Shown here in pieces: positions 17,501 to 25,866 of a DNA stretch of 25,866 nt. The first letter of the stretch is position 1. The number at the start of each line of letters is the position of its first letter. Made by a program: the position numbers and the translations under genes. Under the pieces are notes generated by a model that did no database searches, was not told the DNA's origin, and worked only from the letters and a program-made list of their open reading frames with translations. The DNA lies in the IMG/VR virus record IMGVR_UViG_3300042516_005390, positions 1-25,866 of that record, one strand, 5' to 3'. This stretch comes from a virus. Its lineage: Duplodnaviria > Caudoviricetes.

Positions 17501-18382
17501 CTATGAATTTTTATCATTTTTACCCAAAAATAAATCAGATTCCCTTTGTCTTCTTCTTCTTAAACCCTTTTCATATTTAGTCCCTAACTTAATTTTTTCA
17601 GTTTTTAGAGTTTCAGCAGCTTCGTTATATTTTTTAGCATTTACTAACTCTGCTGTTTTAGAACCTTTAAAACCATAAGCACCGCAATTATATGCAAATG
17701 ATACAAGTGCAGCATACATATCTAATGTCAATGGGACATTTATAGTTTCTTTAATAGCATTCTCAAATCTTTTTTTATCAGCAATAAAAAGTTCTTCTAT
17801 TTTTTCATCAGTAATCTGTTCACCCAATTCAAATTGACTCTTTAACATATGACCATAACCAATTGCCCAATGCTTAACATCCCAAAATGGTTTATTTCTT
17901 GGTCTGCCCTCAATACTTTTTAATAGTTTAACATTTTCATCTGTCAAATACCATTTATCTTTTGGTAAAAATACACCACCCATCTGTTGAGGTATTTGTT
18001 CTTTTTCTGATTCTCTTACCCAATTTTGAACAACTGAAATTTTTATATGGGGATATATTTGTTCTATGTCTTTAGTTAGTTGATTCAGTTTTTGTATATC
18101 TTCTTTCTTCTCAACTACATTTTCTGATATTTCAATAAAGGAAATAGCTTGAATTGATTGCGGTCCTTTGATTGTTCTTAATGTTGAAACATTGATTGTA
18201 ATTCTAACTTCATCATTAGAATTTAAAATATGAGCACCATCTTTAATTTTACCACTTGAAATCGCCTCAATAAACATTGTAGGAAATCCCGAAATTAGAA
18301 TTTCTTGTAATAAACCAAATGGTATAAATAATTTTATCTTTTCTTCTATTCCAGAATTACTTTCTAATATCAAATATCTCAT
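17501..18382 (-). CDS. GH24 phage lysozyme with a ~140-aa N-terminal extension
   Basis: IEG...WD...WAIGYGH, ALVSFAYNCG and GLRRRRQRESDLFL motifs. Confidence 0.9.
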   Translation of the reverse strand: MRYLILESNSGIEEKIKLFIPFGLLQEILISGFPTMFIEAISSGKIKDGAHILNSNDEVRITINVSTLRTIKGPQSIQAISFIEISENVVEKKEDIQKLNQLTKDIEQIYPHIKISVVQNWVRESEKEQIPQQMGGVFLPKDKWYLTDENVKLLKSIEGRPRNKPFWDVKHWAIGYGHMLKSQFELGEQITDEKIEELFIADKKRFENAIKETINVPLTLDMYAALVSFAYNCGAYGFKGSKTAELVNAKKYNEAAETLKTEKIKLGTKYEKGLRRRRQRESDLFLGKNDKNS

Positions 18383-18408
18383 AATAATCTATTGTTTATA
18401 ATCATTCC

Positions 18409-18417
18409 CTATATATC
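18409..18417 (-). promoter_or_regulatory. Putative late promoter GATATATAG for the lysozyme
   Basis: CTATATATC on +, 27 bp upstream of the ATG. Confidence 0.6.
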
Positions 18418-18473
18418 TATTTAATTATCACTTTCATATGTATTTAATCAAAACTGAATTATATTTTAAGTAA

Positions 18474-18689
18474 TTAGCAGTTATTCTTTGATTTTTTCAT
18501 CTCATCAAGTTTTTTTCGTAAATCTCTAAGCATAAATAATTGTGTCTCCATTTCCTTAGCCACTGATGATGACCACGCATTTATATTTTTTTGTAAATCA
18601 GGATTTAGATTTGACATACCATAATGCTCTTCATATTTTCTTTTCATTTGATTCTTTTTTCTTGTGAAGAAATTTAATATTGATTTCAT
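18474..18689 (-). CDS. Small basic hypothetical protein
   Basis: 71-aa ATG ORF filling an intergenic gap on the locally dominant strand. Confidence 0.55.
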   Translation of the reverse strand: MKSILNFFTRKKNQMKRKYEEHYGMSNLNPDLQKNINAWSSSVAKEMETQLFMLRDLRKKLDEMKKSKNNC

Positions 18690-18758
18690 TTATAGAAAGT
18701 TATTTTAGTTATACATTTTATTCAGAGTATTGATTCTATCAAAAGCATAATTCTGAAT

Positions 18759-18789
18759 AAAAAACCCTCTGAAATTAATCAGAGGGTTT
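18759..18789 (-). terminator. Rho-independent terminator
   Basis: AAACCCTCTGA-aattaa-TCAGAGGGTTT with a U-tract on -, just after the stop at 18797. Confidence 0.8.
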
Positions 18790-18796
18790 AATTATT

Positions 18797-19099
18797 TTAT
18801 GAATATAATCGTTCTTGTTTTTCTTTTGTTTCTTTAAAACAACTAACATTTAACCTATTTTCAAATTTATCAAATCTCTGGTCTATATTCCGATGAGTAT
18901 CTCGCAATCTTTCCATCATATCATTTGATATTGTTTTGTTTTCTTGTAATAACTGTTCAAAGTTTTTACGAATTTTTTCATCAACATATGAAAATCTATT
19001 ATCAAACACATTCACCTTAAAGAAAGTGTACACGATAACGCTAATCAATGATAGCACCACCACGCTCACAATCCCTAAAACAAAAGAATGTAAATCCAT
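18797..19099 (-). CDS. Small membrane protein (N-terminal TM plus coiled coil)
   Basis: FVLGIVSVVVLSLISVIVYTFF transmembrane segment; AAGGAG upstream of the ATG. Confidence 0.75.
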   Translation of the reverse strand: MDLHSFVLGIVSVVVLSLISVIVYTFFKVNVFDNRFSYVDEKIRKNFEQLLQENKTISNDMMERLRDTHRNIDQRFDKFENRLNVSCFKETKEKQERLYS

Positions 19100-19175
19100 T
19101 TTGGACTCCTTTTAATTTATTTTTATTGCATTTGCACGTGCATTCTATTTAATAAAATTTCAGAATTAAGTTTAT

Positions 19176-19901
19176 TTACAATATTTCAGTAGAATATAAT
19201 TTATGTTTATCCCATTCTTCTTTTATCCTACAAGGATACAAATAATTATGTCCCCACTTTCTTTCTATATTTATAGAACTCAATCTTTTCTCATATAATT
19301 TTCTTCTATCTTCAAGTCTTTTTAATCCACCTATATTTTTATAGTGTAGAAGTTTAAGACTCAAATATTTATCATAAATGATAACTCCAGCAGGATAACA
19401 AGCATGACAACCATGTTTAAATCCAATGTCATCTATAAGTTTAGGATCAAAAATTGGAGTTTTATCATACCATGTGTCTCTCATTCCTTTATTAATTTCT
19501 TGCCAAATATCAGATTTTGAATTTGGTAAAGTTTCAGAACACATAGAATATCCTGTTGTTTGGGGAATACTAATACCCTTTCTTTTACAAGATAAAAGGA
19601 ATGTTTCTAAATCTTCATGATAAATGAATTCATCTAAATCAAGAACACAAACCCAATCATAGTCTCTAAATTCTTTCCATGCACTATTTTTAATTTCTAA
19701 ATATACATCATCTCTAATTTGACCATCGGTTGCATATATTCTTCTTTCTACCAAGGGATGCGCATCGCATATTTCAGCAGTTCTATCATCAGATTCATTA
19801 TCATAGATAATAATCTTTTCGCAAAATTTTTCATAGTGATTTAAAAATATAGGTAATAATTCTTCTTCATTCCAAGCTATTGCTATACAAACCATCTTCA
19901 T
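19176..19901 (-). CDS. Glycosyltransferase family 2-like
   Basis: WNEE...FLNHY, IYDNESDDRT, DWVCVLDLDEF (DxD) and LLHYK motifs. Confidence 0.88.
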   Translation of the reverse strand: MKMVCIAIAWNEEELLPIFLNHYEKFCEKIIIYDNESDDRTAEICDAHPLVERRIYATDGQIRDDVYLEIKNSAWKEFRDYDWVCVLDLDEFIYHEDLETFLLSCKRKGISIPQTTGYSMCSETLPNSKSDIWQEINKGMRDTWYDKTPIFDPKLIDDIGFKHGCHACYPAGVIIYDKYLSLKLLHYKNIGGLKRLEDRRKLYEKRLSSINIERKWGHNYLYPCRIKEEWDKHKLYSTEIL

Positions 19902-20392
19902 ATATTTTTTCCAGTATGATTAAATATAACATATCTTACATACTCGGTTGCATTTCTTTCATCTCTTACTAAATTTTCCCATGTGTCTTTAAAATAAAAT
20001 GGAACAGGGTATATTCCTACATTAATCCAAAGTCCAATACACATATTTTCTTCTTCTTCATCTTTAACGCAATCACCGACTGTATAATCTGCATCCATTC
20101 TTGTCAGAACCTCAAATATCAATTCCATTGATTTTGCTATTTGTTCAAAATTTGCTTCATCTTCTCCGTAGAATTGAATTGTTCTTATAATTCTATGAGC
20201 ATAATCATCAGGATTAATACCATCGTCAATAATTGCAGTTTCTGCGGTTTTCAAATCTATTTCAAATTCTTCTAAACCTTCTAAAATAACTACAAGGGTT
20301 TTGTTTCCTTCTTCATCAACACTTTTATAGAATTCACCATCACCCCAAATGTTTTTTATGCTTTCAACAATATAATCAGAAACATCTATCAT
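19898..20392 (-). CDS. Highly acidic hypothetical protein
   Basis: Likely ATG at 20392 (TAATG overlap with the upstream stop) rather than TTG 20404. About 37 D/E versus 14 K/R by manual count. Confidence 0.75.
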   Translation of the reverse strand: MIDVSDYIVESIKNIWGDGEFYKSVDEEGNKTLVVILEGLEEFEIDLKTAETAIIDDGINPDDYAHRIIRTIQFYGEDEANFEQIAKSMELIFEVLTRMDADYTVGDCVKDEEEENMCIGLWINVGIYPVPFYFKDTWENLVRDERNATEYVRYVIFNHTGKNI

Positions 20393-21090
20393 TATAGTCT
20401 CCAAGGTAAATTATCTATTACAAAGTTTCTATTTGCTACATCATTAGATATATGGTATACCCATTCACTTTGATTAACTAAATCAGATGGATACATATAA
20501 TTCCAACATTCTTCTGCATATTCAAAAAAAGGATTATTCAAATTAGGGCTAATACATCTTGAAGCATAATTAAATAATGCTTGTTCATATATTGGATTAA
20601 ATCTATCATAGTTGAGTTCAGGCATAATTGTTCTCACTAAATGGCATAATCTTCTTAATGTAGATACATCAGAAAGAATAAAACCTGTATTGAAATATAC
20701 ATCAGGTCGTTCAATAACTTGAAGCATTTGATGCTGTTGATTTATTCTCAATAAGTTATAGGTATGCTGATGTAGCGTATTTTGATAATTACCAATTCTC
20801 TCATTTCCATTTTGCACGGCTTTAATTTTTTCAGGTACAATTAATGTAAATGGAGTTGGAGCATCAGAACGAATAATGCAATCAGCATCAAAAAATGCTA
20901 TTTGGTCATAACCTGATGCTATAAAATCTAAAAATGCTTTATTAAAAGTAAAACCATAAGCATCTCCAACATAAAGATGCGTAGAAACAATAAAATCTGC
21001 CCCCCATCTTGAAGCGGCAGATTCCATAGATTTTCTTGAGTTTTCTCTTTGAAAATTATTTATATCTATTGTTACAACTGCTCTTTTCAT
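20392..21090 (-). CDS. Glycosyltransferase family 8-like
   Basis: FFDAD (DxD), YFNTG, YEQALFN, WN and VYH motifs. Confidence 0.82.
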   Translation of the reverse strand: MKRAVVTIDINNFQRENSRKSMESAASRWGADFIVSTHLYVGDAYGFTFNKAFLDFIASGYDQIAFFDADCIIRSDAPTPFTLIVPEKIKAVQNGNERIGNYQNTLHQHTYNLLRINQQHQMLQVIERPDVYFNTGFILSDVSTLRRLCHLVRTIMPELNYDRFNPIYEQALFNYASRCISPNLNNPFFEYAEECWNYMYPSDLVNQSEWVYHISNDVANRNFVIDNLPWRL

Positions 21091-21815
21091 TGAATTGTCC
21101 AGTCATAGTCTTTAATTGTGTGTTTGATTTTCCAAAAGTTATGTCCTGTGAAATGCCATACATAATCACTCATTCTTGGTAAATCAATAGGTGGTTCTAA
21201 ACGATTCCAAATTTCATCTACTAATGTAAGTTCATCTTTTCTATATGCTTGAACAATATAATTAAAAAGAGCTTGTTCATAATGAGCAGAGAAACAAAAG
21301 TTTTCCCTTCCATCTGTTAATGGAAGTGCTTGAGATATTGCTTTGAAAATTGCTTTATGATGTTTAGGAGACATCATATAAAATCCTGAATTAAAAAAAT
21401 TATCAAGGAATCTTTCTCTTGGCACACCCCAACCAAATTGATTTTCTAAAATATGCCAATAAAAATCTTGATTATTATTTTTGACTGCAATCCATTGTTC
21501 ACTATTGTGGTCGTGCTTTTTAGGATGAATATCCAAAACCGCTACAAACTTTTTCTTATCTTCAAATACCTCAAATGGATTAGGTGTGTCTATATGAATC
21601 AGCATATCTGAATCAAAATAAGCACACCTTTCATATCCTTCAAGTTTTTCAAAGGAACATATTTTTGCAAATGATGGATATAATCTTTCATCGAAGATTG
21701 TTCGTATTTCCATAAAGTCACATTTCCATCGGTCTGCTGCATGACTTAAAGATTTACGAGCATTTTCTGAAAAATGATTATTAATATTTACAGTCCAAAC
21801 AAGATTTTTACTCAT
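21087..21815 (-). CDS. Glycosyltransferase family 8-like (paralogue of the neighbour)
   Basis: YFDSD, FFNSG, YEQALFN, WN and WHFTG motifs. Confidence 0.85.
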   Translation of the reverse strand: MSKNLVWTVNINNHFSENARKSLSHAADRWKCDFMEIRTIFDERLYPSFAKICSFEKLEGYERCAYFDSDMLIHIDTPNPFEVFEDKKKFVAVLDIHPKKHDHNSEQWIAVKNNNQDFYWHILENQFGWGVPRERFLDNFFNSGFYMMSPKHHKAIFKAISQALPLTDGRENFCFSAHYEQALFNYIVQAYRKDELTLVDEIWNRLEPPIDLPRMSDYVWHFTGHNFWKIKHTIKDYDWTIQ

Positions 21816-22433
21816 TTAGATATGAACTCCAAGAATTTTTTCAACTCGAATATGTCTAAATTCTTTTGAAAGAGCTTCATATGTATATCCGTCTGAATAA
21901 AATCCTTTTTCAGCAACCCATCCTACTTTCTCTATTGCTTCTCTTTTTACAACAACTTGAAGTGTATCAATTCCGCCAACTACTATTGGCCAACCTGAAA
22001 GAATTTGTGGTGGTTGTCCAACCCACGCTTGAAGTGGCCCTAAATGAAGTATTTGACAAACAGCAAATCCTACTTCAGGTCCAGTTCCCTCCAAAGCACC
22101 AACCATTTCTTCTAAAAATTCTGGAAACATCACATTATCATCATCAAGAAAAGCAAAATACTTACCTTTCAACCATGGCATTGCTAACTTTCTAACAGAT
22201 GCTCCATAGTCTGCATGATTTTCTTCTAACTCGTGAAAAGAACGCTTTGTATCTTTTTTTGAAGCAACTGCAAAGTATTCTCTTAATACAGGATCTGGTC
22301 CATCTGATACAATGACATGTTCCCAATCCTTAAAAGTCTGCCAATTGACACATGCCATACATCGACTAAGCATATTTATTCCTCTATTCCAAGTAGGAGT
22401 TAATACACTAATTGTTGGATTATTTTTACTCAT
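21816..22433 (-). CDS. Glycosyltransferase family 2
   Basis: ISVLTPTWNR, QTFKDWEHVIVSDG and GKYFAFLDDDN motifs. Confidence 0.9.
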   Translation of the reverse strand: MSKNNPTISVLTPTWNRGINMLSRCMACVNWQTFKDWEHVIVSDGPDPVLREYFAVASKKDTKRSFHELEENHADYGASVRKLAMPWLKGKYFAFLDDDNVMFPEFLEEMVGALEGTGPEVGFAVCQILHLGPLQAWVGQPPQILSGWPIVVGGIDTLQVVVKREAIEKVGWVAEKGFYSDGYTYEALSKEFRHIRVEKILGVHI

Positions 22434-22478
22434 AGGTATATTTTATATTGTTGAACTTCTAATTATATGAAAATAACT

Positions 22479-23786
22479 TTAAAAGTTTATTCCCGAATTT
22501 ATCAAAATTTTCGCAGATTTCTCAATAGTTTTTTCATCAATTGCTTTTAATACAGATTTGCCAATTCTTTCAGCAACATTTACATTCGTAGCCATACCCA
22601 TAAAAGACCAACTTATAGTCCAAATAGAAGGAATAGCAAATTCTTCAGGAAAACCTTGTAAGCGTAATAATTCTCGTGTGGTTAATCTTCTTAATTTTTT
22701 TGAGTTTATTTCTTTATTATTAGGAAGAGATTCTGGTGCATTAATTTCATCATAAATTATATTTCTATCCCAACCCTGTCCACCAAATGATATAGATTTT
22801 GATTCCTTTTCAGGATCTAAAACAATAGAAGAAAACCAATAACCCTTATCTTTATTTGTTTTATCATTTTTTTCAAGATATAATTCATGCTTTTTGGTAA
22901 GGTAATATTTTGGTTCAACTTTTTCTTCCAAAATATCCTTTAATTTCCAAGTTCTTTTTTCTGGTAAAGGCCATTCATAATTTAAGGTAGAAAGAGGATT
23001 AGAAAATGCTACAAACCAAAGTCTTTTACGCATTTGTGGTACGCCATAATTCAACGCATCCAAAATCGCTGGACTTGTCGCATAATATCCAGTTGCTTCT
23101 TTAAGTGTTCTAAATGCAACAGAAGTTGAAACATCAAAAGATTCATGTCTTTGTGTTTTATTAGATTCTATTATTACTGCTTTCGGTTGTAGTTTATTTA
23201 CAAATTCAATAAAGGTATACCAATTTGTTTCAATCATACTATCAAACTTTGGTTTTTTGCCTTTATTAAGCGGTAATGATTGAATATCTAATGATGTTAT
23301 GATTACATCAACTTTTGGAAATTCTTTTTCTTTTAATACATCAACATTTGAATAAGGTATAATACCAAAATTAAATCCGTATGAATGTCTTGATGGTTTT
23401 AATTTTTCTTCATAAGAAAAAACGCAACGACCACCTGCTTTCATTAAACCTAAAGTAGCACCACCAACATTACAAAAAATATCAGCAAAAGTAAATGAAT
23501 AATCTTCTAAAGGAGGTATAGGTTGATTGTATTGTAGAATATTTGGATTATCTATACAATTTAATAATAATTCTTTATCAAATTTAACATCTTTACTATT
23601 TTTCAATTCTTCATAAAACCATCTACCATATGGAATCCCATCAATTGAAGATTTCCTCATCATTAAATGAGAAAGTGCAGACATTTCTTTTGATATAAAA
23701 AGAGAGGTATCCCACTTTAAACTCTTGACATTAGAATCTTTGTCAATTAAATTTAAATCAATTAATATATCTTTATATGAATACAA
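22479..23786 (-). CDS. C5-cytosine DNA methyltransferase-like protein, catalytic motifs degenerate
   Basis: Motif I-like ADIFCNVGG, motif VIII YGVPQMRKR and motif IX RRLTTRELLRLQGFP are recognisable. Motif IV reads TSLDIQS instead of GxPCQ and motif VI reads ESN instead of ENV. TTG start sits next to the upstream stop. Confidence 0.85.
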   Translation of the reverse strand: MYSYKDILIDLNLIDKDSNVKSLKWDTSLFISKEMSALSHLMMRKSSIDGIPYGRWFYEELKNSKDVKFDKELLLNCIDNPNILQYNQPIPPLEDYSFTFADIFCNVGGATLGLMKAGGRCVFSYEEKLKPSRHSYGFNFGIIPYSNVDVLKEKEFPKVDVIITSLDIQSLPLNKGKKPKFDSMIETNWYTFIEFVNKLQPKAVIIESNKTQRHESFDVSTSVAFRTLKEATGYYATSPAILDALNYGVPQMRKRLWFVAFSNPLSTLNYEWPLPEKRTWKLKDILEEKVEPKYYLTKKHELYLEKNDKTNKDKGYWFSSIVLDPEKESKSISFGGQGWDRNIIYDEINAPESLPNNKEINSKKLRRLTTRELLRLQGFPEEFAIPSIWTISWSFMGMATNVNVAERIGKSVLKAIDEKTIEKSAKILINSGINF

Positions 23787-23787
23787 T

Positions 23788-24054
23788 TTACCACCGAGGT
23801 TCTGGAAGTGGACAATGAGATTGGCGTAATCTTGCCTTTGCTTTTATGAAACAACCACATTTCATACATCTTTCTTTAACTGAATCTCTATATTCACAAG
23901 AATTACAAATTTCTACTCTTTGTAAATATACAGAATCCGTATCGGGAAGAATATGTGGTTGAAATGGCTGTGATTTAGTTTCTTCTACTTTTTTACTTGA
24001 ATTTATTTCAGTAGAAGATGTAAGTATTTGTTTTTTATTACAATTACAACCCAT
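23788..24054 (-). CDS. Small Cys-rich metal-binding protein (DUF6171-like)
   Basis: RVEICNSC...CMKCGCFIKAK...CP...W pattern, plus an N-terminal MGCNC. Confidence 0.75.
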   Translation of the reverse strand: MGCNCNKKQILTSSTEINSSKKVEETKSQPFQPHILPDTDSVYLQRVEICNSCEYRDSVKERCMKCGCFIKAKARLRQSHCPLPEPRW

Positions 24055-24065
24055 AATTTAATTCC

Positions 24066-25334
<1,269 letters not shown>

Positions 25335-25347
25335 AGTTTTCTATATT

Positions 25348-25773
25348 TTACTTTGTTGCTAAAATTTCAAGTCTAACTGAAAAACCTCTCGTGTTTCTTA
25401 TATAGACCAAATTATCTTCGCCAGTTAAAACCATCATCTCTCTTAAAACATTCCAATTAGTATTGTCCATAGACCACTCAATATATCTATTAGCAGATGT
25501 AATAGATTCATCTGTTGGATATGTAACTAATATCATCATAAATTTCAAATTAACCACCCCATTTAATAAAGTATCACCATTCTCTAATATAGTGCTTGTA
25601 TGTGTAAATTCAGAGATTGGAATAGATATTTTGGATAAATCTACTTTGTCTATTGTATTTGAACCCTGAACAACACTTGCTCTTCCACATAGATTAAAAG
25701 TAACAAATCTTTGATTAGATGATGCGTCATCATAACAATCAAGAGGCATATTTTGAACAAATGTTATTGCCAT
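25348..25773 (-). CDS. Hypothetical protein, probably structural
   Basis: 141-aa beta-rich ORF ending 13 bp upstream of the collagen gene. Confidence 0.7.
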   Translation of the reverse strand: MAITFVQNMPLDCYDDASSNQRFVTFNLCGRASVVQGSNTIDKVDLSKISIPISEFTHTSTILENGDTLLNGVVNLKFMMILVTYPTDESITSANRYIEWSMDNTNWNVLREMMVLTGEDNLVYIRNTRGFSVRLEILATK

Positions 25774-25866
25774 AAATACAATTTTATTTTAAATTCATTG
25801 AATTAATTATTTGCTGATGGAGAACTTTTGAATGATTATAGTCAATTATTGACTTTTTTTTTCATC

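Noticed and set aside
17384-17503. Possible TAG readthrough (stop-codon recoding) after the lysozyme
   Set aside because: The lysozyme domain is complete before the TAG, and genes tile the window under the standard code without fragmentation.
17430-17678. Phe-rich 82-aa + ORF resembling a membrane peptide
   Set aside because: Its composition comes from the phased T-tracts and it is antisense to the lysozyme.
18797-19099. TM plus coiled-coil protein as an inner-membrane spanin
   Set aside because: No lipobox-bearing partner seen, and a terminator separates it from the lysozyme.
25840-25862. AGTCAA-tta-TTGACT followed by a T-run
   Set aside because: Weak stem at the window edge with no + strand gene leading into it; cannot be interpreted without flanking sequence.

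Overview
AT-rich, densely coding segment of a large T4-like (gp23-type capsid, contractile tail) phage, probably a jumbo phage infecting Bacteroidota (inferred from TTTG-N19/20-TAnnTTTG promoters). It encodes a tail tube (cut by the window edge), an oversized 1300-aa tail sheath, the major capsid protein, a prohead protease fused to a repeat-rich scaffold, a GH24 lysozyme, a 3TM-type holin, PhoH, DnaJ, an M20/M28 peptidase, an FN3 protein, a collagen-like fibre, five glycosyltransferases and a C5-methyltransferase-like protein lacking its catalytic Cys. The most striking observation is that the ~110-aa insertion domain of the major capsid protein is also present inside the tail sheath (56/82 identical residues ungapped, counted by hand), so head and tail appear to display the same surface module. 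Other signals: a recurrent (G)ATATATA late-promoter motif, helically phased A-tracts upstream of the head operon, 5' hairpins on the main structural transcripts and an acidic DNA-mimic candidate inside the glycosyltransferase operon. All product calls come from motif recognition; no database search was run.
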